Shown in pieces: positions 11,105 to 22,125 of a DNA stretch of 64,000 nt. The stretch spans positions 19,096,001 through 19,160,000 of the forward strand of contig OZ076409.1 of NCBI GenBank assembly GCA_964187785.1. The letters are read 5' to 3'. The notes under the pieces were generated by a model. It was given only the letters and a program-made list of their open reading frames with translations, was not told where the DNA came from and did no database searches. Source of the DNA: Amphiscolops sp. MND2022. Its lineage: Eukaryota. Numbering within the stretch: the first letter of the stretch is position 1; each line of letters begins with the position of its first letter. The position numbers and the translations under genes are program-made.

Positions 11105-14100
11105 CTATAAAAGTTTGCTCCAGGCAGCTTCTTTATTTACCAGAGTGAATTTTTCTCGAGGCTTCTTTTGCAATGTAGGCTCGTTGCAAAGGCCAGCTTG
11201 TAGAGAGCAATTTTCTTGCTCAAAAACTCTTTGAAAGTGTCGCAGCTTGCAATGAGAGGCGGCAGGGTGTCTAAACAGATCATAACGATGGGGTTTGTGA
11301 TTTTCTTTCAACAGATACAATTCCAAGGTTTTCCGATAGACTAGTGGTCAAATATCTATGAAAGGTTTAACATCAAGATTTCGAAAATTATGACATCAAC
11401 AATTGCTGCTTCTAACCTATATCGAAGACGTCCTCCTCCTTTTGATAGATGCTGCGGTCACGTTTCCTTCCCTTCTGTGACTTTTCGGGGATTTCGGCCT
11501 GGTATGTAGGCCCAATTCGGACTTCCTTCACAGTCCCTGTGAAGGCGTACACTGGCCCTTTTGGGTCGCAATAGGGCTTCTCCGGACCCCTCAATCCCAG
11601 CTGATTCAAATTGAAAGCTGGATACACCTGGTAACAAAAGCCATTGACAATGATGAATAGAGCGAATTCAATGAGAAATGTGCAAAATTACAATTACATT
11701 TGAAAAAAATACGTTTAAATTGTTAGGCAGTTCGAAACGAGAACCATTTAAATCCGTAGTTCACAACCCAGTCCGTGGAAGAGATTAGTTATTTTCTACA
11801 ATATCTACATTTCTACATTATCAGTTACCATTCAAAATTAACAAACATTGATTACCATTTTGATGGCGTCGAGCTCACTGCTGATCTGCTCTTTCAGAAG
11901 AGTCAGTTGTGGGCTGGAGAAGAGGGGGAGTTTGGAGATTGAGTTTTCGCTGGAGTTGTCGTATTTTAAACTGTAGCACAGCATACACACGAACAAATCC
12001 GGGAAAAACCTCTTCGTCGTCTATTTCCTGCTGACTGGCGTTGAGGTGACTGTCCACAATCAGAGGGAAATGTGTGACAGCGAGGAAGTTGGAGGCAAAA
12101 GCAATGGCGTCTCCCTTTGTTGCCACTATATGTGGCCAGCGTGCAGGCAAAACGAGGATGTCGCCTGCTTCCACCACAAGTTTGTGGACCCCACCTGTCA
12201 GGGCCTTCAGGTTCCCGAAGGAAGTTGGTCTAAATAAAAACAAATTAGTATAAATTTAAACGAAACAACTGGTTCAATGATTTTGAATCATGTGCATGAT
12301 TGATAATGTGCTCTTCGCAAAATGATGACTTTGAGATGAGTATGTTTTCAGTGCATGATCTGAGTACATTTACCTTTTTGTGGGGATATTGCTCCACTCC
12401 TCAAAGAGCTGCAAATTTGAGCTTGTCGGCTCCACCAGCCAGAAGGTCTTCTGTCCTCGGGCGACAGTATAAAAGGCAGTCGTGCTGGAGAAGTCGACAT
12501 GCCACGGCGTGAGACACTGGTCGTTTGAGACCAGCAAATAGTTGGATGTAGCCTCGGTGAAGTGCCCTGCTGCATCCACACACTCATCTGCCAGATGATC
12601 GGCCGCACAGTGTCTGACGAAATCCGGTACTTGGAAAAACTAAACCAAAACGACAAAACCTCAGCAAACGGTTTCAGAACAAAGACTCCTTACAGTGGTC
12701 GCCAATTTCAACATCCATTTAGTTGCTAAAAATTTGAACAATAGAAGGGTGCATCATGTATTTCACTGACTTTTGGCACTGTAAAGACATCAAATTCAAT
12801 GAGTAATTTTTTCCAATATGAGCCCTTTCAAGATATGATAAAAAAGCTTACATTCCGTTCGAGTGCAATGTCAATGACATTGACAGGAAATGTTCCCGTG
12901 GGTGCTGCTGAGGGCCCCGCTCGCTGCTCGTCCAGGTACTCTCTCACTGTTAAAGACCTGACCTAAAATTCAAAAACATATATTTCAAGCATACTCCTTT
13001 GAAATTACTTTACCAATGTTTAGATAACTTACAGTGAAATCCACTGCCAACGATGACTTAGTGGATACTAAATCTCAATATGTTTTGATTCAACGTATAC
13101 AATAAATTTTATCACTAATGGTTAAAACGCTATACTTGAATGAAGTTTGTGAAATTTGAAAAATACAAAGAATGGCGGGATATGTTCACCTGTTGTTCTT
13201 GTGGCAGCCGTGATGACTTTGCAGCAAGCTTCGCTGCAGGATTAGCTAAGTGCTGCAGCAAGAACTCCACTTGGTGGACGAAGTCCTCAGCGGGCAAAAC
13301 TGGGAGCTTCAAACCTCGCGAGTTCATAGCCCCGTTCTTCCATAATATCGGCTGGCCACGAGAGAGTGCTTTCAAGACCATGCCGTTTTCGTCTTCTTGC
13401 TGATTTTCCCACCTGCAGCAGTTCCACGGCTCCTCTGATAGCGGCATGTCCTCTAGGTACTTTACGAAGAGACTTGACCCTTCGTACGCCCGTCGACTAG
13501 GCTCGCTCGTCATTGCCATGTGGCTTTCTTTGTGGAGGGGAAATCGTTCCAGGTGTCTCTGTAGGGAGTCACTCCGGGCAAATTCCTCACTACAGGATGT
13601 GCAAGGATATTTCTTGCTGGGGTTGGCAGTTCCTATAAAATTTTATTGAACAAAATGTAAACTAACGAACGCAGATTATATAAAACTTGAAGACTATACT
13701 TATGTTCGTTTTATGTTAGTATTATGTTCGTATTTATTTGTATCTAAATCCTAAACTGTCACACAAAGAAAAAATATAAATTTGAGGCTTTACTGGTTTG
13801 TATTCATGTCTTTGTGATATAAGTTTTTCACTATTTTTTCCATGAAAAATGTGGTGGGGGGAATGAAAAGAGCCGCAAATAGTTGACATAGTTGATCTAC
13901 TTACTGTACTTTCTTTCATTTTGGGGTATGTCTGTCGTGCAGTACCTCGCTTTCTCGATGTGCCGCTTGAGCGTTACAAGGGTGGCGAAGACCCTCTTGC
14001 AACGGGGACAGGCTTTGTTTTGCGGCTGCTTTGTACCGCAGGTTTTTTGGTGCCTCTCAAAATTCGTGCGGCGGTTCGACTTGTACGAACAGTTGGGGCA

Positions 14101-14112
14101 GCTGTATTCAGT
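11105..14112 (-). CDS. Spliced gene: 3x C2H2 zinc finger + JmjC histone demethylase (KDM2/KDM7-like) + ELM2-like motif
   Basis: Phase-compatible GT-AG exons 14112-13905, 13632-13190, 12962-12852, 12639-12374 and 12229-~11855, then ~11627-11415 and ~11340-11105. ZnFs CPNC..H, CPRC..H, CTSC..H. JmjC TPWHVDFSSTTAFYTVARGQKTFWLVEPT and AGDILVLPARWPHIVATKGDAIAFASNFL with an intact HxD...H triad. ELM2-like EVRIGPTYQAEIP. A stop or frameshift near 11875 may uncouple the ELM2 exons. Confidence 0.85.
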
Positions 14113-14377
14113 CTGTAGAAACAAAAACAACATTATAGTTTATCCTCGAAGCGTCTTACATGTAAACGCCAAAATTTCAAACCGCTAAAAGATATTACAA
14201 CCTCCCATTTCAAATAAAGACCTGTTTTTCCAATCAGAAAAAAGAGGAAACGAACAAGCAAAAAAAAAAACAGAACATGCCAAACCACAAATGAATTTAG
14301 AACGCCATCATTTTAAAATGGAGATAAATATCTCGGTTGTTTAATAATATGGTTAAATAAAAACAAACAAATTACAA

Positions 14378-14450
14378 CGCGCTTTGGCCGAGTGGTAAGC
14401 AACTAGACTATGAAGCCAAAGATCGTGGGTTCGAATCTCTATCGTGTCGG
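14378..14450 (+). ncRNA. tRNA-like Pol III element (degenerate tRNA or SINE head)
   Basis: A box TGGCCGAGTGGTAAG and B box GGTTCGAATC at tRNA spacing. Acceptor and T stems pair poorly, so it is not a canonical tRNA. Confidence 0.45.
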
Positions 14451-14697
14451 CATTTTACAGTCGACTTTTTACACCCTATGTTACCTCAGAAAAACTGAGT
14501 ATACCTAATTTTTCAAATAATATGTAAAAACTTTGATCTTGCTATCGCGAAATTTAATTTGATTGTCTATGTTAACAACAACTTTTAATCTTTTCTTCAT
14601 ATCGTATCATTGCTTTCTGATTTCATCTGACAACAGTTGAGTATCAAAACGAATTAGTCTTTGACATGGGTATTCGATTGCTTTCCCTTAAAACGAG

Positions 14698-14985
14698 ATA
14701 GAGATCGAATTCGGGTCTTTTCTGTTATTCCCCCACTCTCTTCTTTAAAAATTATCTCCAATATTTTTTTGTCAGGATAAGAATCGAGGTATTTGACTCA
14801 CTCTCTAATGATTCACTTCTTAATGATGAACACCTATCAACATTTCAAAAATTAGGACAAGATTTGTTGTATAAGATTGACTTCATATTGATTCACTTCT
14901 TAGTGATTTGAGTGGGATGGGAGTAAACTTCTGGGAGGGGCGGAGGGTTTGTAGCAGAAAAGACCCACGAATTCGATAACTATAT
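14698..14985. mobile_element. Small MITE-like inverted-repeat element
   Basis: atcgaattcgggtcttttctg (~14704) is inverted relative to cagaaaagacccacgaattcgat (~14955). TSD not resolved. Confidence 0.4.
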
Positions 14986-15119
14986 TTCACTCCCAGATTT
15001 CTCTGCAAATTGTGAACAGTTTTTCACTCAGGTCTGTTCAAAGGATGGCAGTTCAAACTCAGATTCGTTTTTACTACTCGGGGGAAACCAAAAATTTTGT
15101 ATGAAAATTCAAGAGCAGT

Positions 15120-15560
15120 TTTGCTGACAGTGTGTACAGTTTTTTTTTAACTCAGATTTTTCCACTACTCACGGTGGATACAAAAAGTTTCTATACAAAT
15201 GCAGGACAATACTTTACTCACCGTGTGTACCAAAAACGAGTACAATAATTTACTCACGGTAAGTACCAAAACCAAAGCGGTGTTTCTTAAAACTGAGTTT
15301 TTTTACTCACGGTGGATACTCGAATTTTTCCAAATGAAACTAACGTTTTTGCTGACAGTGTGTACAATTTTTTTTCTAACTAAAGTTTTTTCCACTACTC
15401 ACGGTGGATACAAAAATTTTCTATACAAATGCAGGATAATACTTTACTCACGGTGGATACCAAAAACGAGTACAATAACTTACTCACGGTAAGTACCAAA
15501 ACCAAAGCTGTGTGTATTAAAACAGTTTTTTTATACTCACAGTGGATATTCATTTTTTCC
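15120..15560. repeat. 228-bp tandem duplication carrying ~8 copies of TACTCACGGT
   Basis: gctgacagtgtgtaca at 15123 and 15351. Internal tactcacggtggatac/taag repeats. Confidence 0.85.
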
Positions 15561-16453
15561 AAATAAAACTGAAATTTTTACTTCGTATCCCAAATTGTAG
15601 ATGTGAAACATTCTTAAGAAAGAAACTAACCATTGTGGAATGAGGAAGCAGACAACGTTTAGGGAATCTAGAATTAGACAAAGGTAAGAGAAGGGCTTAA
15701 CGAATGTATCTTGAAATAAACAAAACTAGCAAGCTGTTGAATTGAAAGGTCGAACGACGAAGAATCAATTTCCTAGATCCACTTCGGCAGCCAATCAAAA
15801 TCGAATTAGCATTCTCGGTTCCGTAAACTTATGTAACAGTTTTGTTTTATACCACTACATTTGCACACAAGTTTACTAAATTGACACTTTCGTCAGGTTC
15901 ATTCCAATTGTGCTGAGTGAACGAATAGTGTTGAACAAATGAATGGTAAACAAAATATTGAAGCGAATTGAAAAATGGAAAGAGAGCAAACTCCTTCTAG
16001 AATACAAAATGACTCGTTTTAACCTACCAAAAATTTTGAAAACGCACTTTAGAAAAATAAAAGAAAATAAAAGTTCAATAAGTGTCAATTGAATGAACTT
16101 TCTTGATATAAATTCAATTTTCAATTCTCACGGACTAAAAGTGGAGTCATCATCTGTCATTTCTTCGGGCTCTGAAACTTCCTCAAAAAGAAATCAACTG
16201 CAACATCCTCTAAAATCATGCCAAATTTTTGATTCCGAAAAAAACTGTCTTCGTTTTATGTTCATCGTATAAGCCCCTCCCCAAACTTTCGACCACCAAA
16301 AACTCAAAAAAGGGGGAGGGGGCGTCTTTGCCGGAATACACGGTATGTTGATTTTGATCATTAACTTTGTTCAAGATTTCTTTCGTCACGACTATGAGGG
16401 AGTTAATTGTCAATTTTATTTAATGTAGCCTGATTTGATTTTTTTTGCTGGAT

Positions 16454-17220
16454 ATACTAATAATTCACTGAATGTACCCCTTTTGGATTGGTTTGCAAAT
16501 TTTTAAGCATTTGTTTGTGGAATCCACTGTCAATGTATTGGTATATGTTAGTCAATTCCGCATATCGCTTTTCGCAGGATGAAGAATACTTTCCAGAATA
16601 GTGGAATCCACTGCAATAGAAACTTGAGTCTATTTAGAACTAATAATTCACTGAATGTACCCCTTTTGAATTGGTTTGCAAATGATTAAGCATTTGTTTG
16701 TGGAATCCACTGTCAATGTATTGGTATATGTTAGTCAATTCCGCATATCGCTTTTCGCAGGATGAAGAATACTTTCCAGAATAGTGGAATCCACTGCAAT
16801 AGAAACTTGAGTCTATTTAGAACTAATAATTCACTGAATGTACCCCTTTTGAATTGGTTTGCAAATGTTTAAGCATTTGTTTGTGGAATCCACTGTCAAT
16901 GTATTGGTATATGTTAGTCAATTCCGCATATCGCTTTTCGCAGGATGAAGAATACTTTCCAGAATAGTGGAATCCACCGCAATAGAAACTTGAGACTATT
17001 TAGAACTAATATTTCACTGAATGTACCCCTTTTGAATTGGGTTGCAAATGTTTAAGCATTTGTTTGTGGAATCCACTGTCAATGTATTGGTATATGTTAG
17101 TCAATTTCGCATTTCGCTTTTCGCAGGATGAAGAACACTTTCCAGAATAGTGGAATCCGCTGCAATAAAGTCTATTTAGAACTAACGCTTTACTGAATGT
17201 ACCCCTTTTGAATTGGTTAA
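16454..17220 (-). repeat. 183-bp tandem array (4 units), inverted relative to the 10590-11050 array
   Basis: aatgtacccctttt at 16471, 16654, 16837, 17020 and 17196. Near-identical units, each with two gtggaatccac motifs. Confidence 0.95.
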
Positions 17221-17375
17221 AATGTACCCCTTTTAAAATGCTTAAGATTTCTTGTCTAGGTTTCCGAGAAAAAAGTGTTCAAAAGCTAAATTAGTACCAC
17301 AAGCAAAGATTAAAACATATGTCTTCGAAATCATTTATTGTAACAAGCATTTGCAGAAATCAGAGTAAAAGTCGA

Positions 17376-20300
17376 TCATCTGCTGGAGTTTTGTTGTTTC
17401 ACTAGGCCGTTTCGGTATCTTTTCAAGGCCACAAGGGCTGACGTATTCGCTATTGATTTGTTATCATCTATTTGATCCATCAAGAGTGGTCGCATGTCAT
17501 TAATTTTCATCGAGTTGATCAAGAGTCCAGGCCTTATAATATAACTTTCAGGGTCCAGAATGACGTTACTTTTCATCATTTCGAGTACGTATTCAACAGT
17601 GATGAACACCCCCCGACGCAAATCTTTTGCAGGCCAAAGCTGCAGGAGACAACTTATTTTTTGTTGAACACTTTTCATCTTCTCTGCTTTCGGCGTCTGT
17701 TGACAACTCGCTTGCGGTACAATGTCTATGGAGCTTCAGTTTTCTTCTCATGGCTTCCAATTGATGTTTATCGCCGGTCGCGTTTATTAGGTCCTCTTCG
17801 TCTTTGACAATAACGTAAAAATTCAAGATATTTGAATGGGATTTCATTATGTTCTCCGCGTTTTCTTTCTCATAAACGACACCTCCCATTTCGGAAATTC
17901 TATCTTCGAGGAAATCCTGTGTGAGCCCACGCTTGAACCTACCTACAATTGTAAATGTCAATCCTCGTAGAAGGTCGCAAAATTCTCTTTTTTCGCCAAC
18001 GGCAAGGCAGGGTAGCGCCAAGGGAGTTCTACAAATGTCTAGATAAGTTCTGGCACCCTCTAAAGTCTCTTCAGTCGTGAGTGTTTTTCTTACATGTTCA
18101 ATGACATTGGATCTTTTTTTTTCGGAACTTGTTGAAGAAATATCCAGGAACCGGCAAAACGAAAATGCAGTATCCAGAAATAATGGATCTTGATGGTAAA
18201 TGGAGCCACCGCCTCTCATAGTTCGGGATTGAAAATTTCTGTTCGCATTGTGGTTCGATTTTTCCAAGCCTTCGCAGAGGTGATTCCATGGCTTCTCGAT
18301 GTGTCCGCTCTCCACTAGTTGGGCTATCAAGGGAAGCTTGAGCTTGTATGGTGACAGCCCCTTTCGCCCGAAGAGGAGCAAATTGATTTGAAAGTATGTT
18401 TCAGCCCATCGTTTGTAAGTGTCGACATCAAATGTTCCCTGAGTTCTCAACAGAATAGCACACTGGTTCAAACTTTGTCGTAGAAGTTCACAAGCGTCAT
18501 ATATTGATATAAATCTTTCTTCGTTTCTTGGATTTATGGGGTCCCGTTTGTCAACTAAATGTGGATGTAAAGACTTAAGTACTTTTGCAGCCCCCAAGTT
18601 GTATCCATCCTCACTTCCAAGTAGTATCTCGGTCGTCCAAACTCCGTCATAAAGGTTCGTGATTGTCCCAAATTGAGCACTTCTAAGTTCTTCTGTTTCA
18701 GCTATAACTGTAAGTGCATTCGACCCCGCTAATGACAGTGGTCCTACTGTTCCTGGGGTTTTACCTACGTTCTTGTGGGTGATATTGAACTGAAAAGACG
18801 GTCTTTTAGCTTCTCGGCTGGTCAAATTTTTCTCAAAGCGCTGTATGCTCAAAGCTTCCAAGGGATATTTGTCGTTAATTACCTTCTGAGCCACTCTTCT
18901 AATATCATTCTCAGTGCAACGCGTTATCATGTGTGTAGCGTCTGGGCAGATTGTTCTGACATCGATTATGCTTGCTAATGCTTCTCTAGGAACATGTTGT
19001 CTGAATGGGATCTTCAAAGATGTTCGTCTTCCATCGACATCTGAGAAGCGGGTGGGGAGGAAATTTTCATCGCATACATATATCGGAAGTTGTGACGGAT
19101 GAGAACTTGAACGTTCAGTTGAAATTCCAAGGACCAAACGCGTCAAGAACGGGCTGTCACCACTGTATGTAATTTCAACGCCCAAGGCTTGTAGTTCTTT
19201 TGTCTGGCGGTATAGCCATCCAGATTCTTGCTTACCCAGGATAGACGGACCAAAGTTTTGTTCCATTGCATATCGGCCATCTTTGCCACGATATGATGCA
19301 AAACAGAAGACAGCTTTCGATGATTGACTGCTAACTGTGGTGTTCAAAATTCTGAATGCTAGACGCGTTACCTCAACCCCCCTATTTCGCAACCGTCACC
19401 CCAAATGTCAATTTTAAGGCCTTCAAGATTGGTTTTTTGCAGTAAAACTAATGACGCAAACGTCACTGCTTTCAGTAAACTGACTCGAAATCCAGAATAG
19501 GTTCCCTCAGGCTCGCAAATTGTAACAAACAATTTCATTATGAGGCTAGTAGCTCTTTTGATGTGACGAATTGACGGTACTAGGCTGCCACCACCTAAAC
19601 CAACCGAAACTAGCCTTTGTCGAATTGCATTGAGGATATCTTCCATGTTGCCAGTTTTCATTTTGATTGAAAGTTCGTACCTGAAGCATTCGGAGGAGCC
19701 TCTGTCCTCCAAAAGACCCGTGAACAAGTCTCGAATGTGATTACCGCTTGCGCTTCTTTTTCGCCATATGCTACGTTTCTGATGCTGTTCTTTGAGAATT
19801 GTGGCTAATCCGTGAATAGGTATACCATGCATTCTAGCAAAATTCAGGACTTTGGACCAAAAAGTTTTCCTATTAGTTCTGTGCCACCTTTTGAGTTGTA
19901 ATTGCGTAACATTCATATCTGATCGTTGCTGGTCTTGTGAATTATCAATTTCTGGTGTCTTCTGTAGCACTCTCTCTTCTTGGAATTTTACTTCAAGGGG
20001 TGTTTCTTCAACCATCTCATGTTGAGAAAAAATTTATCATTTGTAAAAGTACCGACATCGGGAAAAAAACTGGTGTTGAAATATTTTGCAACGAGTTTTC
20101 TTCTCTTCTCGTTCCAAGGTAAGTCTTTATAGCCCCGCAGAATTAGAAGTTTCATTATTTTCGACGCAAGAAAAACAGATCCCTGGGGCTGTCCTTTAAT
20201 TGGTAATTTTCGAATAAGATCGTCTGTCTTCAGAGTGGTCCCTACGACCATTTCAGCAACGATTGAAGTAAGTTTCCGTTGACGATTTTGTAACGTGTTT

Positions 20301-20413
20301 CCTGATATAAAGTCTAGTATTTCGGAATCTATGAATTCTTTCCCATCATCCAGTGATATATTGAACTTTTCGAATTCTGACATTTCTGAACTTTTAGACA
20401 ATGAGTGTGTCAA
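17376..20413 (-). CDS. RAG1/Transib-like DDE transposase with C-terminal BRCT-like domain (~1000 aa, three frameshifts)
   Basis: Overlapping ORFs 19988-20413, 19368-20015, 17593-19392 and 17376-17678 join in order. Motifs WGDG (D1), YSGDSPFL (D2), CPDATHMITR (DxxH), LSPYKLKL and CEGLEKSNH (E) parallel RAG1 D600/D708/DALH/TNYFH/E962. BRCT-like LRGLTFTIVGRF...LEDRISEMGGVV...FITVEYVLE...LDPESY. Two of the frameshifts sit in G6 runs. Confidence 0.65.
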
Positions 20414-21700
20414 TGGCGTGTCAATGAGCTTTTAGAAATTGAGCGTGTCAATGGTGTATCAAATCGTCGATAATGATGAAGCCGAAAAACTAACAAAATC
20501 ATATTCTTTGCGTTTCAGTTTCCCTCCTTTTGCGTCTTCTGATGCGCCTCAATTTTAGCCTCAACTTCAAATAAATTTATTCTTGCAACATTTTTCTCAC
20601 AGTATTACCGCACGCTGTTTAAATAATTCTTCAACACCTGTTTGAAACTATTTGATTGCACGCGTTGAACTAAAACTACAAGGTTATATGTGCGCTCACT
20701 AGTAGGTGATAAAATTAGGCGTGATTGTTCCCAAAAAACTATGTGGAAGGATTTTTCTTGGCAAAAGTTTACTAGCATTTCCAGTAGTCATGTAATTTGA
20801 AGTTAGGGAACCATTACATATTTTTGTGTAGTATTAGGGAAAATTGCTTTACGTCCCCAAAATATCATTATCTCTACGGAGTCCTTTTTTTTCTATCCTG
20901 GGGCATACAACCGTATTTTTCACTAATTTTTCACTTATTTTTTTTGTCTCCACCGTGAGTTGGTTATCAACCGTGAGTCGATTGACATTGTATAGAAGAT
21001 TTGCCAGCAAATGATTCTGTTGTTATTCGACCGTGAGTTGACAGTGAACACCGTTCAAGCACTACAAGTTCTTGGCAAAAAACGGTGAAGAAAAGAAAAT
21101 TTTTTCAATTGTAAAAAACTACATATTATCATGACAAAAAGAAAGACGTAAACAAAATTTTTAACAAAATTTTTATAATAAGGAGAGAACTCTATAATAA
21201 AAGAGAAGAGAGGAACGCATCAGGTGTGAGTTGTAACCCTTGAAGTTGTAAACATTGCAACCATAAAGAGTGATTTTGAAGTTCCCACCATTCGCCGATT
21301 GCTTCACAGATTTGTATGAATTTGACCTGAAACAAACAAAAACAAAAACTTTTTCCTTTTCCCTACACTTTTCAAGATGTTGTTTTTGCAATTAAAGTAA
21401 GATTCGGATAATCGAATATCGGGTAAATATCGAAATCAAAATTTCGGGTAAACGAATAAAAATCCCCGACAGTATAGGTCATACTAGCATGTTTTCGTTT
21501 TATCGAATATTTCGCTGAATCGAAAATTTTTCGCCGTTCCTGCATAATAAATTAATAATAAATTAATAGTAATAAATATATATAATTTGTTAAAACAGGT
21601 GTGGGGGGACAAAACTAAAGGGCCAAAAGGTTTGTTTCAGCATGAAAAAATGAAAGAAGAATATTAGAAAGTTATTATTTATGTTTCATTGATCTGTCCT

Positions 21701-22080
21701 TTCGCTGAAACTTGCAGTGGATTCCACTTCAGCTTACAGTGAATTCAACTTTGGCTTACAGTCAATTCCACTCGTTTTGCAGTCAATTCCACAAGTTGAA
21801 AAGTGGAATCGGCTGTAGGCCAAAGTGGAATCGACTGTAAGCCAAAGTGGAATCCACTGTAAGCTGAAGTGGAATCCACTGCAAGTTTCAGCGAATTTCG
21901 CTGAAAGTTGAAATAAGCTGACGCGATTGGTTCAATCGGTTGGCAGTGAAAAGCAGTGGATTTCGGTGCACACATTTTTGTACATTAGCTAGATATGTTA
22001 GTGGAATCCAAAACAGGCAACAGCGGAATCCACTGAAAATCAGTGAAATACATGTTTAAAAGTATGTCAGTGGATTTCGG
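21701..22080. repeat. Right subterminal CAGTGGAWTCCACTG array, including a ~195-bp imperfect palindrome (21701-21895)
   Basis: ttcgctgaaacttgcagtggattccacttcagcttacagtg at 21701 is mirrored by cactgtaagctgaagtggaatccactgcaagtttcagcgaa ending at 21895. More motif copies continue to ~22080. Confidence 0.9.
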
Positions 22081-22125
22081 TGACTTAATAGCACAAAAGT
22101 GTGTTAACCCACTTTTGGCACAGTA

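Larger units (their letters stand above)
5194..22123 (-). mobile_element. Giant (16,930 bp) TIR DNA transposon with RAG1/Transib-like transposase and chromatin-modifier cargo
   Basis: Left TIR CAGTGCCAAAAGTGGGT (5194-5210). Right TIR ACCCACTTTTGGCACAG (22107-22123), 16/17 inverted match. TA directly outside both ends (5192-5193, 22124-22125). Subterminal CAGTGGAWTCCACTG arrays at both ends. DDE-type ORF inside. Confidence 0.85.

Noticed and set aside
14378-14450. Functional tRNA gene
   Set aside because: Acceptor and T-arm stems do not pair properly, so it is kept only as a tRNA-like Pol III element.
16454-17220. Regular arrays (also 10590-11050 and 5222-5510) as possible CRISPR arrays
   Set aside because: Whole 183-bp units are near-identical with no unique spacers, there are no cas genes, and the context is eukaryotic.
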